Assembly: GCF_009834535.1 (NCBI RefSeq)
Contig: NC_045697.1
Coordinates: forward strand, 51,586,001 to 51,650,000
DNA length: 64,000 bases
Reading direction: 5' to 3'
DNA from: Camelus ferus
Lineage: Eukaryota
The first letter of the stretch is position 1, and each line of letters begins with the position of its first letter. The position numbers were made by a program, and so were the translations under genes. Shown piece after piece: positions 25,951-39,097 of this stretch. The notes beneath the pieces are model-generated. The model did no database searches and was not told the DNA's origin. It was given only the letters and a program-made list of their open reading frames with translations.

Positions 25951-26059
25951 GAGCATTGGATTATTTTCTCACAGACAATACAAATAAATGGTAAAAAAAA
26001 AAAAAAAAAGTTTGGCTAACTTACCCCACACCAAAGAAATGATTTTAAAAAGTAAGATA

Positions 26060-26302
26060 AATAGTAATAGTTAACAATAAAGTTACTGTTTATTTTGTCC
26101 CAGGCCTGCTCTTATGAACATTTGATATGTAATTTTATTTAATTTCTTCAGCAACCTTGTGAAGTAGGTACTAATATTATTCTTATTGTATAGAGAAGGA
26201 TACTGAGACTTACTGGGGTTAAGAAACCTGTGCAAAGTCACACAGCTGGTAAATGACGTTTAAGCTCATGCCGTTCAACTTTGAAAACCATATTCTTAAT
26301 TA
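26060..26302 (-). mobile_element. MIR SINE
   Basis: CAGCAACCTTGTGAAGTAGGTACTAATATTAT...GATACTGAGACTTACTGGGGTTAAGAAACCTGTGCAAAGTCACACAGCTGGTAAATG. Confidence 0.8.
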
Positions 26303-26307
26303 CTCCT

Positions 26308-26497
26308 TGCTATGGTCTGAATGTTTGTGTTCCCTCAAAATTCCGACGTTGAAATTCTAACCCCCAAAAGTGATAGTATCAGGAGGCGGAGCTGTTGGGA
26401 ATGAACAAGGCCCAGAACTGTGGGAAATAAATTTCTGTTGCTTATAAGTCACCCAGTCTTTTGGATTTTGTTATAGCAGCCCAAACACACGAAAACA
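26308..26497 (+). mobile_element. MLT1A/B-like MaLR solo LTR with internal deletion
   Basis: TG...CA termini (TGCTATGGTCTGAATGTTTGTGT...TTGTTATAGCAGCCCAAACACACGAAAACA) and 5-bp TSD CTCCT/CTGCT. Confidence 0.85.
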
Positions 26498-28924
26498 CTG
26501 CTGTAGTCTAGAGAGGCATCAACTCTCCATCTTTTGTTTATTAATGCAAATACACATTTTATGGTAAAATATGATTAATATTTTACCCAGCTAAAATGTG
26601 AGATGATTGGTACCAGAATGAAAAAAACAGTTATACTCATATAAAGAAAAATTGGAAATGACTTTACAGGAAACAAATATATTCTGTGATTGGGATGGAA
26701 AAAAGACATAGAATAATGGTAAGAAACATTAATACAAGCAAGTCAGTTAAGCATTATGATTTATATTTTCTAGCCTGAACATATATTGCATTATTATTTA
26801 TAACCAATAACTATTATTTTCAACAACAAGAATTGACTATTGTTCCTCTAACTTGAGCCATAATTTGGCTTTCATTGGAATTTTTGTTTAGCTTGAAGTC
26901 TAACACCTGAAATAAATTGTAAAGATAATAAAGTTTAGGAAAAAAACTTGTGAATTTAGAATTATTTCTCTAAAGCCATACTGTAGAATTTTATAGGAAT
27001 CAAGACTGTCCAGCTGGTATAAATTTTCAGTGAAATAAGAGGAAAATGGATATTCTTCCAGCAGGAGGGTTTCAGGCAGTAAATATTGTCAGTTTGGGAA
27101 CAAACAGCCTTCTGATAAGAGTTATGATTACATAATATCAAAGTTTAATGTGTTATGTTTTATATGAATGTTATTAAAGAATCTTAGTGGGAGCTCCACC
27201 CTTCCCTTGGGACTGTCTACACAGTCCTTCCATAACAGAGACATTCGGAAAGTGGTTAGGGGTGGTGACCAAAAGCTCCTAGGACATCAGTCATCTCTGT
27301 GGATGGGCTCCGGGCTGAAGGCTCTCAGACAGGAAGCAGGGCACTAGTGGGCGTCCAAAGTGGGGGAGTGAGCGGAAAAAGGAAAAACTGTTCTACTCTG
27401 GTTAAAAGACTCTACGCAACTCTGAGTCGTTTCAGATGAAGATTACCTCTACCAGCAAGGCCACATGAATAGCCTAATTTAAAACAGCACCTTGGAAGTC
27501 GAATGCTCTGGAACCAGTGGTGGCAAAGACTGGTGAATAATCCGTTTATTAAATAATCCACTCAAAAATAGCTTTTATCCCACACCCTTATACAACAGGC
27601 ACCATACTAGGCATGGAGGTTATTAGCCTTCAAGGAGGTCAGCATGGTTTTGAACCAATAATTTGTAAAAGAGAAATGGGTTATGAGTGAATACAGGGCT
27701 GACTCTAAGGTCTTAGAATTACCATGGCAGGGCGGGGAGCAGGGGGTGGCATGTGGTGGACAGAAATAAGTGCAGCAAGTTTGCTTGACAAAATTTTCCT
27801 TTATCTCTCCAAACTCATTCTAGACATTTCAAGGGAAAAGTAAAGGTGCTTAGTCACCTAGTTCAGTATAGACAGGAGTCATTGAGTCCCAATGGCCAGG
27901 GGAGCTGTGGCTTGAGCCAAGATCAGTTCTAGACCCGAGGCTCATCAGAGACCCTGCAGTTGGCAGTGAGTTCTCATCCTGGAAAAACAGAACTGGGGCT
28001 GAGGATAAAATCTACAATTTATCTCATCTGGGCCATCACCTCACAAAGGATGAGATTGCTTATTAAATACTTTAGTGAAACTACCTTCCCTAAGATAAAT
28101 TAGTAAGACAGAGAAGGAGGTAAGTCCAGGCCATTCTCAGATTTTAAGAATTGATTTACTTCCTATTCTGTCCTTTCATTACATCGTCTTGATTCCAGTC
28201 CTCTGCTAAATTTCATAAAACTGAACCATTAAAAAAAAACAAACGAAAAACAAAAAACAAAAACTTTGTTTCTTCCACCAAAATGAGACAGAGAAGAATG
28301 GCCAGATTCCTAATCAAAACAGATATCCTAGATAACTTCTCTGGGAAGGGAGTTTTTGTAGCACCTTTAGGGAAGAGGTGATTGGAATAATTATAATCAT
28401 GAAGGAGCCACCACTTAGTCACTGCTTGCCGTGTGCCAGGCACAGTACTAGATATCGTTCATATTTGTCTCAAGATATATTTTAAGGGCATAGATCTTAG
28501 ATTCTAGTTACAGATTTTCCAGCCTCCCTGCTTTGGCTTAAGCCATTCTGTCTGTTTAGAATCCCTTTTACTCTCAAAACCGTCTGGGAAAATCCATTCA
28601 TCTTTCAAAACTCACAAACTGGTATATACTTGAAGAATTTTCTAACTTTCCCCATTCTGAGAAAACTGCTCTTTTGTTCTCTTAACCTCTGTAGTAGGTA
28701 TTTATATTTTTCACATAGAACCTACTTTTTGCCTTATGTTACAGTGTAAAGCTCACAAGCCGTGGGTCTGGGGTCCTTACTGTAAGGTAAACTCCTTCAG
28801 AGTAGAAACCACACTTCCTTAAAGTCTTTTTCTTTCCCGGGTAGTGTCTGTCAAGGTTTTCTCCATATACCTCTTGCACCGCAATCATTAGGTGAGTCCA
28901 TGGAAAGTCTTGATTACGGGTACC

Positions 28925-29036
28925 CAACTCAGCATTGCCGAAAATAATCTTAGGGAGGTAGAACTTTAATTTTAAACCAGCATCTTAAGTGATGTGTTCA
29001 CTAAACTTGTGTTCACTAAAGTTTGAGAATCTCTGT
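28925..29036. mobile_element. MER5-like hAT-Charlie fragment with a 15-bp tandem duplication
   Basis: Ends AAAGTTTGAGAATCTCTG. TGTGTTCACTAAA(C/G)T is repeated at 28993-29022. Confidence 0.55.
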
Positions 29037-29048
29037 CTTGGCATAAAA

Positions 29049-29261
29049 CAGTGGTTCCTAACTGGAAGTGATTTTGCCCCCAAAGGGACATTTGGCAACA
29101 TCTGGAAACATTTTTGCTCATCACAACTGGGACAGGGATGCGTGCTACTGGTGTCAAGAGGGTAGAAGCCAGGGATGCTGTTTGACATCCTGCAATGCAC
29201 AGGACTGCCCCCCGCCCTACAAAATTATCCAGCCCAGAATGTCAGTGGTGCTGAAACCCTG
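29049..29261 (+). mobile_element. MER20 (hAT-Charlie MITE)
   Basis: CAGTGGTT...GATTTTGCCCCCAAAGGGACATTTGGCAACATCTGGAAACATTTTTG...GAAACCCTG, with 8-bp TSD GCATAAAA/GCATAGAG. Confidence 0.9.
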
Positions 29262-31552
29262 GCATAGAGCAAAGAGTATCACGTGTAGGTAGGTGATCAG
29301 TAAATGTTTCCTGAATAAGTGAGTTTGTGGTGAAGTGGGTAGAGAAGAGCAAAGCTGAGTGCTCTTTTTGAGGGATCAGCTGCACTTCTTCTGGGACACA
29401 CCTGGTGGGGCTGCTTTGCAGCTTTGTAACCTGCGTAGTTGTGTGGGGTCACAGAGGCCGAGGGCCTCCTAAAGCCCATCCACTCCAGTGACTATACATC
29501 ACAAGTAGCAACCTGTAAGGGAAACACTCTTATTTTTTAAATGTTCACATCATAGTAATTTTCTCCTTTTGGTCCTTTATATGGCTTCTGAGATTTTAAA
29601 ACCACCTAGTATGCGTTCCTTTAGGCGATCCCAGTATTCCTGGGATAGGAGGTGGCTTGAGTCTCTGTATTATAGGCAAGCCAACTCGAAGTAGCGCTGT
29701 GATTTGCTGGCAGTCTTGCAGCGAGCCAGTACCCTCCTCAGGATTAGAACACACACACCATAAAGCCAGATTGCCTCCCAAATACTTATTTTGATAACTT
29801 TGTCCTTCATTTGAAAATAGTAGTATGTGGTTGAAATGTCAGGTATTTTTTTTGACTGCTCGATTCTAAATGAATCATCATCCGTTATAACAACACAGCA
29901 TTTTCTCTGTCTGGAGAGAGGATGTGTTTAGATTGTCTCTATAGAAGAAATCAGAGATCAGCTTATTTTGACATTGGTCAGTTTGGAACCTTATAGTCAA
30001 TGATCTTAGTTTGGGGGTTATTTTTAAACATAGGCCATGTAGAACTTTTGGCTTTGCTGTATTAATATAATAAGCAAAATATTTGTTTCATAAGAATAAA
30101 CTCCTAGAAATTATTATTTATGTGTGTATATACATGTATAATTCTATAATATTGAGATAAAAGATACAAAAAGTAAACATAGTATTTCAATAAAGTCATT
30201 TCTGACTCTTCTAGCAAAATTTCTCCCTTTTGATTTTTGGGTTGAAAAGTTCCCAGCTAGGGCTGCTCTGTGTTGAGGTTCTCTGGCATTTGGATAACAC
30301 TTTGACTATATAGCATCAACAAAGAAAAGAATGAGGATTCAATTACAGTTTTCCATCTTAAGATACATTTTTATTTTTAAGGATACTTATTTATGCAGGA
30401 ACTTTTTAGGATATAACTAAAATGTTATATAACACATTATAGATTCCTCTACAAGTTCTATAAAGAATCTGGTCACAGACTATGTTATTTTCCTCTTTTT
30501 TTTAATATTTGAGAAATTCAGTCCTAGTCTGTTCAGGTCAGAAGTAAAAATGAATTTAAAAGACTGGAAAGTATTTAATAGCATATAAAAACATTTTTCT
30601 TGGGTGGTCTGCCTGTAACTCATCTTTTTTTATTTTTCTTCTCCTTATCGCCTATATTTTCAAGCATGTTTCAGTATCAGACAAGTGAATTAAGAGAAAA
30701 TAACTTCTTTAGTAATCTATCCAAAGAAAGGAGACATACAAAGGCTAATTAATTAGTGTGTTTTACATTTTCTCTTCAGCGTTTAATACGAGGCTAACTC
30801 TCACTGCTGTCTAATAAAATGAACCAAGAGTGAAAAGTTCAAATATTAGGCTTTCCTGTGGAGCTGGTTTCAGGAGGTCCTGAGAGCCAACATCAGCGGA
30901 GTGACAGAAGAGTGTTCATGTTTCTGTCTCGTCTGTGGTGGACTGCTGAGATGGCTACTAGAGGCAAATAAAACTCCCAAACCAAAACGTAACCTGCCCC
31001 TCAGAAGTTCAGTGACCTCAGGTGAAAGAACTTCGCCTCGAGTCTCTAATAACTTCCTCTGCCTTTCACCAATCCATCTCCCCAGATTGCCTCCTTAAAG
31101 CTAAACAAACAAAACGGCAAAACTCCAGACATCTCAACAAAAGGCATTTTGTGTTCTACCCAACTGTTGTGTACAATATATGAAAGTCGCAGTCATGGCA
31201 GAAGGAAACTTACATTAAATTAACATTCCTCAAAACAACTTAAAATCAATGGATGTGTTTTCCTCCAGAGAAATCCATAATTAGCTTGGCTTCTGCACAG
31301 CAGAAAATAACAGAGTATCATAGACAGTTTTTTGAGTTGACTGTAGTTCAGATCAAGGTCCACATACGCTGTAAATCTCTGTAGTAGCAAGTAACTATCA
31401 GGGAGCTACTAAGCCATTTCGCAGATTAAGTGGTCCACACCAGAATTTCCAAATAGATTCGAACAAGTGTTCATTTTTCATGAGGCACCCTGAAATAACC
31501 AGTAGACAAAGTTAAAGTAACAGTTTAGAGATTTAAGCCTGTGTCTGTAGAA

Positions 31553-31751
31553 TAAGGCTGCCAGATAAAATACAGGGCACCTAGTTACATTTATATTTCA
31601 GAGAAGCAATGAATTTTTCTTTTAGTATAAACATTTCCCAAATATTGCATAGGACATACTAAAAAAAGTATTTGTTGTTTATCTGAAATTCGAAGTTAAC
31701 TAAGTGTTCTCTATTTTTATTTTTTATTTGCTAAGTCCTAAGGCAACCTTG
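31553..31751 (+). mobile_element. MER53 palindromic hAT MITE
   Basis: GGCTGCCAGATAAAATACAGG...TTTCAGA...CCCAAATATTGCATAGGACATAC...TCTGAAATTC...GGCAACC, with self-complementary arms. Confidence 0.85.
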
Positions 31752-32239
31752 CCTAAGAAGACAATTCAAATTTTAATTTTAGAAATCTTGTTATTAAACA
31801 CTAAATAGTTGGACATATATGTATATATAATACATGTAAATATATATATATAAATTTAATTTTAGAAACGAAGCAAGGTGTATGAAATGTAAAAAACTGA
31901 GTAACAGTGCTAGGAGGCACATCTGTGCGGAGATAGCTAATGAATAATAATAACAAAAAAAAGTTGTCAGGTTTTCCTAAACCTGACACATACCGTAACA
32001 TGTCCCACACACAAGTTGTCCCTCTTGGTCCATAAGTATGATGTTTTGGGTCTTTGACAGTCACCTGTCATGAGATTATTCGATAGAACTGAATATTAAA
32101 TTTACCTTTGATACCATCAAGTTAGTTGATCTAAATTTGACCAAAGCAGAATCATTTGCTATCTGCAACTAAATAATTGTTCTCAGAAGATCTGTAGGTC
32201 CCAGGGTAACATTTTCTTTCTATCAGTTCTCAATGAACA

Positions 32240-32450
32240 TAGTTTTGTGGTTAATACAGGATTTTGCTTCAGTTACTAGTTCTACCATATGTTTTTGTTG
32301 CATGAATTGAATAGATTATTTAAACTCTCTAAGCCTCAGTTTCTTCATTTATAGAATGAAAGTAAAGCCCTAACTCTCCATAAGCTGTTGAGAGAATAAG
32401 CTATTAAGTGAGATAATGTAATTAAAATAGTGGCTGATACTTATTAATTG
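32240..32450 (+). mobile_element. MIR SINE
   Basis: AAACTCTCTAAGCCTCAGTTTCTTCATTTATAGAATG core. Confidence 0.75.
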
Positions 32451-33881
32451 CTAAGCTACAGATTCCCCAGGTGCCGGGAGCTGTTCTGTCCTGTTCATGC
32501 CACAGCATCAGCACCAAGCACAGTGCATGGGACATGAGGTGAGCTCATGGGTTTTACAGATGACTACTTCTATAAATAACTAGTAGTAGAGGTAGTCCTA
32601 GTAACTCACTGGAGTACTCGATAAAACCAGAGTTTTAATATTTTAAAAGAAACAACTTCTTTTTGTGAATTTCTGGAGGTTTGGGGTTTGGGGCAGTATA
32701 GAAGCAAATTTTTAAAACAGATATATTTTATTTTTTAAAAAATCACCAGTAAGACTCTAGTTACCCCACTATAAAATAAGTACCAACCCAGGGAGTGGTA
32801 TTGTGAGGTCATCTTAAACCTGAACGTAGATGCTGCAGATTGGGTGTTTTGTGTTTGTTCACTAGCAAAAGTTTATATTTTTCTGCATTATGCCTTTGAG
32901 AAATCAGAGTAATAATTACATAAGCATAGATTTTGATCAAACTGTGGGCATGCCTCATATGATGCTGTTTAAGACTGAATAATGTAACATTCAGGAAACA
33001 GTCTGAAATATTCTTCTTGTCCTGTCTAGGTTTTGATCACACTCCATGAGTTGAGAAGGGTCGTAGCTTTTTTTGAGGAAAAGGATATCCCAATCTATGA
33101 TTTTACCTGGGTGGGAGATGAGGAAATTTTAGCACAAAGGGGAGAGGACCCTCCGTTCTGTAAGATTAAGAGTTGCAAGATCAGACATGGAGACATGAAA
33201 ATGTCCAAAAAACAACCAGCATGGAGGCTAAAGCTGGTGGTGGTTAATCTGGTAACTGCCATGTAAAAGCTGCTTAAGATCTTGATGTGTATTTAATTCC
33301 TATAAAAGTCAGGAATTAGTCATGTGAGACACTGAAAATTGTACTTCTGTTGTCCCTTTAGCAGTCAATGAAATTTTGCAGAGCACTGTATTACTAGACA
33401 CATTTGAAAAATTTAACCAAGGGATCCGTGTCCCTGAGAAGGCATCCCCAAGAATCAAGTTATGAAATAATGTGATGTGACCTTCAAGAGCTCTGAAACA
33501 GAGGTTGGGAGCCCAGACAGCTGGCAGAACTGAAAAGAGACCACCAGGATGGATTTGTAGAATGCCTAAGTGTTCCTCAGAGATTTCCAGAAATCGTTTG
33601 GGAAGAGGAACTCAATACAAAAGTGCACCTCCTAAAATCGATTTGGAAATTACCAGAAATGTAACCTTATTTTGCATTACAAGGTGAGATCGGGGGGCAC
33701 ATGGACTGCATTATGTTCATCTTGGCAGCCAGAAAGCTTAGAGCTGAAAGTATTGCTTAATTATAATGATATTCTCACCTAGAAGTTCTAAAGTCATTAG
33801 AAACTACTAGAAAGAGAAATCAAAGTACAACACCTTTTCTTCTCTTAAATGGTGTGTGACCTCTCTTTTAATCTTTATTAT

Positions 33882-34013
33882 TATTTTTTGGGGGGAGGGA
33901 GGTTATTAGTTTTATTTGTTTTTAGTTATTTTTTTAATGGAAGTACTGGGGATTGAACCCAGGACCTTGTGCATGCTAGGCAGACACTCTACCACTGAGC
34001 TATACCCTCCTTC
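33882..34013 (-). mobile_element. vic-1-type tRNA-Ala-derived SINE (camelid)
   Basis: The reverse complement GGAGGGTATAGCTCAGTGGTAGAG...GGTTCAATCCCCAGTACTTCCA has pol III A and B boxes and a bipartite A-rich tail. Perfect 14-bp TSD TTAATCTTTATTAT (33868-33881 / 34014-34027). Confidence 0.9.
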
Positions 34014-34610
34014 TTAATCTTTATTATCGTAAAAATGTTTTGTGTGTATACTAAGGGGATCTGATTTGAGCATAAGCTTGGCTTTAGATGCGCCTAGGCA
34101 TGTGCTATGAACCGGGGGCAGCCTGCCAGCAGTCTGCGCAGACGAGTGACTAGGCAGGCTCCTGGGGAAGATGGAGGCACTCGCAAGCTGGGCCCCAAAA
34201 TAGAGCAATAGCGTTGGAGAGGCGGAGTGACTCTGGGTAGAGTCACTTTGTCACCTGTATTAGTTACTGGTTCTACCTCCATGGACCTACGTCTAGGTCA
34301 TCTGGGGAGAAGTATGAGTAAAACCAAGAAAAAAAAGTTGTTTTTATTAAAACTCATGCAGAAGAAGAGGCAGCATTGCTTTAGTTCTCTCCAAAAAACA
34401 TTAGATTCCCCCTACCTTGGCCCGTCAAGAGTTCCAGAACATTCACCACAGGGTCCCCTGGGAGACAGTGGTCCTTTGTGGGAGATGGCTTTGGAGTCTG
34501 GCCGCAGAGACTAATGTATGAAAAAGTAAAAAGCAGCTACAGGAGTGCCTGGCAGGTAGCGAAACACAGATGAAACAGCAGCTAAACGGAGCAACTCTCC
34601 ATGTGAGAAG

Positions 34611-35057
34611 TGGCAGGACCCTCTCCTTGATTAAACTTTAGTCAGCCTCCTCTAAGCCGTCGAGGTCTGAACTTTGGCATCTGTCCCTGTAGGGCCTGCA
34701 ATACCCAATTGTAGTGAGAATCTGGTTAAGTCAGTTTTACAAGAATCCTCACCCTCAATATTTGATCACCCCAGATGTCTGATCAAATTCTTCATATCCC
34801 AACTTTACATCTGATCACCCTGGCCTGCCTTCAGCAATGATCTTGTCAAGTTGATTTAGCCAGAATCCCTCCTTACCTCTGATGTTTCCTCTTAGTAATT
34901 TTTCATCCACTGACCCCCATCCTGCTCCTTGGCTATAAATCCCCCTTGTCCATGCAGTATTCAGAATTTAGCCCAGTTCTATACTGAGGTCTCTTTTCCC
35001 CCATTGGAATAAAAGCTGCTTTTACTGCTTCTGTCTGGCACTGGTTTTCTTTATGAA
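34611..35057 (+). mobile_element. MER31-like ERV1 solo LTR
   Basis: CTCTCCTTGATTAAACTTTAGTCAG, repeated TGATCACCC, CCTGCTCCTTGGCTATAAAT (TATA) and AATAAAAG. Confidence 0.8.
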
Positions 35058-35493
35058 AATTGATATTTGGTAGACCTGGTACCAAGAAGATCTGGTATCA
35101 ACTAGATCTTGGCAGTACCCAGCATAGAGGGTGACAGTACCTGGCAGTATTGATGTTACCCATGTGATCAGCAGTACCAGCAGAGGCAAGAGTGTGTTTT
35201 GAGTGTGTGATGGGACAGGTGACTGCATAGTTGGTGAGCACATTTGACTTCAGCTGATGAGTTGCAGAAGATGGGGAAGGAATCTTTCCAAGTAACTGGA
35301 ATAAGAGCCAAAGAAATATAGATTATATTTAATTCTCATAGTATCAGCAATATTCATTATAAATAAAATATTGTGCAGTTTTAAATATTCATATCCTTCT
35401 ATTACAATTAATAAAAACTAAGGCTTAGAAAAGCTACCTCACCTTGTAGTAGGCAGAACTGGGACAGAAATTCAAGTGTTCTGATACATTTTC

Positions 35494-36620
35494 TTTTCTT
35501 TTCTTTGTTTTCAATTGAAGTATAGTCAGTTATAGTGTGCCAATTTCTGGTGTACAGCGTAATGTTTGAGTCATACATATACATAGGTATAATTGTTTTC
35601 ATATTCTTTTTCATTATACGTTACTACAAGGTATTGAATATAGTTCCCTGTGCTGTATAGAAGAAATTTGTTTTTTATCTATTTTACATATTTAATTAGT
35701 ATTTGTACATCTTGAACTCCCAATTTTTCCCTTCCCACCCCTTTCTCCCTGGTAACCAAAAGTTTATCTACTATGTCTGTGAGTCTGTTTTTGTTTTGTA
35801 AATAAGTTCATGAGGTCTTCTTTTTCCTTTTCTTGTTCTGTTTTTTTTTAGGTTCCACATATGAGTGATATCATATGGTATTTTTCTTTCTCTTTGTGGC
35901 TCACTTCACTTAGAATGATGATCTCCAGATCCATCCATGTTGCTGCAAAGGGCATTATTTTATTATTTTTATGACTGAGTAGTATTCCATTGTATAAATA
36001 TACCACAACTTCTTTATCAAGTCATCTATCCATGGACATTTATGTTGTTTCTATGTCTTGGCTATTGTATACAGTGTTGCTATGAACATTGGGATGCATG
36101 TATCTTTTCGAATTTGAGTTCCCTCTGGATATTTGTCTAGGAATGGGATTCCTGGGTCATATGGTAAGTCTATTCCTAGTCTTTTGAGGAATCTCCATAC
36201 TGTTTTCCACAATGGCTGCACAAAACTGCATTCCCACCAACAGTGTAGGAGGGTTCCCTTTTCTCCACAGCCTCTCCAGCATTTGACATTTGTGAACTTT
36301 TGAATGATGGCCATTCTGACTGGTGTGAGGTGATACCTCATTGTAGTTTTGATTTACATTTCTCTGGTAATTACTGCTATTGAGCATGTTTTCATATGCC
36401 TATTGGCCATTTGTATGTCTTTATTAGAGAATTGCTTGTGTAGGTCTTCTGCGCATTTTTGGACTGGGTTGTTTTTTTTTTAATTATTAAGTTGTATGAT
36501 CTGTTTATATATTCTGGAAATTAAACCTTTGTCAGTCACATCATTTGCAAATATGTACCCTCATTCTACAGGTTGTTGTTTTGTTTTGCTTATGGTTTCC
36601 TTTGCTGTGCAAAAGCTAAA
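35494..36620 (-). mobile_element. 5'-truncated lineage-specific L1 (ORF2 C-terminus and 3'UTR), inserted in a MIR remnant
   Basis: ORF 36051-36341 [15 protein letters not shown]...[19 protein letters not shown] is the L1 ORF2p cysteine-rich C-terminus. Perfect 15-bp TSD TTCTGATACATTTTC (35479-35493 / 36626-36640). Confidence 0.95.
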
Positions 36621-36906
36621 AAATATTCTGATACATTTTCAATGCTTGTTCAACTAAAATACAGCTATCCCTCATTTAAGATATTTCCTATACAGATTTT
36701 GATGCATACGTCCTTTAAAACAATTAGATGATGCATGAATTAATAAATTTCTCATTTTTTGTATGTCAGGTGGAATATATTTCGTACCTTCCTGGAATTC
36801 ACTCATTAAAATTTAAAATTGAATTTAATCTTTAAAATGCATTGTATTTTATTCAGTAAAAAAATGCTTCCCCCATCTTTATTGGAAGAGAAATTTAGCT
36901 AAATTT

Positions 36907-37063
36907 ATTTATTTATTTATAAAATTTTTTTGGAGGAGGAGGTAATTTGGTTTGTTTGTTTGTTTGTTTATTATTTATTTTTTAAATGGAGATACCAGAG
37001 TTTGAACCCAGGACCTTGTGCATGCTAAATATTGCACTCTACCACTGAGCTAACCCGCCCCCC
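36907..37063 (-). mobile_element. vic-1-type SINE
   Basis: Same head and tail structure as 33882-34013. Approximate TSD AGAAATTTA(GCT/C)AAATTT. Confidence 0.9.
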
Positions 37064-39097
37064 TAGAAATTTACAAATTTAAGATTAGGATATATATTCC
37101 AAAATCTGGCAAGAAGTAAGAAGATACATTACTTAAAAAAGAAAAAATAACTGGAGATTCTGAAGAAGCACTGAAGTGTTCTATCACTTTTTAAAAGCTA
37201 CCCTTGAAAAGGGCATTCAGACAAGATGGCGATGTGGGGCTAGACAGGGTCAAAATGACAGGACTTGCCAGGTTAGTCCAGGAAGACTAGAGCAGGCATC
37301 AGATTCAATCCACAAGCAAAGAGGCAGCCAAAGCTAAGAACTGGAATCTTGCCAGAAGCTGAGCAGGGTGGATGCCAGAAGAGTAGCCAAGAGAACCAGC
37401 CAAGGATTAGTAAGTTGAGAAAGCAGCAGAGGTAACTGGAGACAGGAACACAGGAAGTGGTTCTTAGGGCTATCTCCACTGCTTCTGGACAATGTCTCTA
37501 GCTTGATAATGCTTCATTTAATGCCCCAAGCATGAGCTCACTACCTAGTGTCTTCAAGGTAATTTTCTACACCTGATACCACACAATCCCAATCTAATCT
37601 TCTACCCCTTCAAATACATGATTTTTGTGTGGAAACTGAGGAATATGGGAGTCTGAGTTATCCATGTTGTCATTACGGTGTGTAGCAGTCTTTCTGGCCC
37701 ATATCTTAGACTTGTGTTCATCCATGTCCCCCAGCCACTGTCTTGGCACTGAAGAGAGCCTGACAGAGCCCGGAAAATATATTCGTGTTTTTGTCTATTG
37801 TTTTGGAACCAAGAGAAGTGAGATACTAGATGGAGTGTGGAAACAAGGAACCTGAGGACAGTGTGTTTACCTCAAGCCTGGAGAAAGTCATAGAAAGAAG
37901 TCCTTGGTATTGAAATCGCAGAACTCAGGGAGGATCATGGAGATTAATATAGCTTTTAAATAGCTAGGTAAAGGAGTATGTCAGCAGCATTACTAGATGT
38001 GGTTCACTAATCTGAGGGGGCCTGTGGTGTCAGTATTTGTGAGTATTATCCTTGCAGTGGGAGGTGTGTGGTCTTGAACTTGTGGTTTGAGGATTTGTAA
38101 GAAGCACCCTATCCTTTTTCTTTAACTCAGAGCTATTTTATTGGCCCCTAAAATGGATGATTCTCAGGACAAAATTCTCACAATCAGTATTTTAAACAAT
38201 TAAACTTTTAGTCTGTATTTACTCTTGCCAAAAGACAGACTCTTCAAGTATAAGAAAGACGGAACAGAGTGGAAGAGAAAGTAATATAAGGGGCAGAACT
38301 GTGGGGGGCACTTCTGTACTACTTGTCTTCTTCAGACTAGTAAGTGGGCATAGGGGTTGTGGAGGAAAGAGCAGAAAATCAAAAGACACCTCTGCAAGAG
38401 AAGCATGCATTGGTCAGCCTTTTCAAGACCTCTTTGCTGTATATTTCTCAAGTAGTTATGAAGGTATACTATTGTCTTGAACTCAGTCTTTAAAAAATCT
38501 TTTACACCACTAGCCAAATAAGTGATGGGATCTTAAATCATTCTCCTTTCAATTTTAGCCCCTAAAACTTTCTTGAAGTGAAAAATGCATCCCTGAAAGG
38601 AACTTCAAAATACTTGCATAAAAAAGAAGAGAATTTAATAGAAAAGAAAAAAGAAGCAAAAAATAAATAAAGGAAAGGACAAGATTAGTTCAGTCATTCT
38701 ATGCAGAAAGAATATTTAAATTTAATTTTTATATAATCTGAACATACTGAAAGGAAAGAGTAAAATGCATTGCATGCTATTCAGGCAAGAAAATATTTCA
38801 CTTTAGTAACTGGCCTGCTCAGAGTTCTGCTTCTCAGTTATTTATGACATTTGCTGAGCCAACAAATCTGGGCAGTATGGTCCAAAATGGAAATGCACAG
38901 TGTAGTCTACGTGTTCTTTGTGGAGGTACAATTTTCAATACTATGCTCTAACTCCATAGGGAGAAATAAGGATGAGAGGGATAAAGTTGATAGGTGTAGC
39001 CCTGTAGGTGTTGATCCAGTGTATACATTGTCTATTTGCCTTCTTCTTTGGACTATGGGTAATAGCAGAAGACAAGTGCCCCCTCATCTTAGGATAT

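Noticed and set aside
27340..27357. CTCF-like GCACTAGTGGGCGTC
   Set aside because: It has several mismatches at informative positions, and a motif alone is insufficient.
33030..33266. Acceptor followed by ORF VLITLHELRRVVAFFEEKDIPIYDFTW
   Set aside because: The downstream part (GATGAGGAAATTTTAGCACAAAGGGGAGAGG) looks MIR-derived, the donors are weak and I recognise no protein match.
38240..38285. Peptide RLFKYKKDGTEWKRK, vaguely like a RanBD/PH motif
   Set aside because: Only 15 residues with poor splice signals and no flanking homology; consistent with chance.
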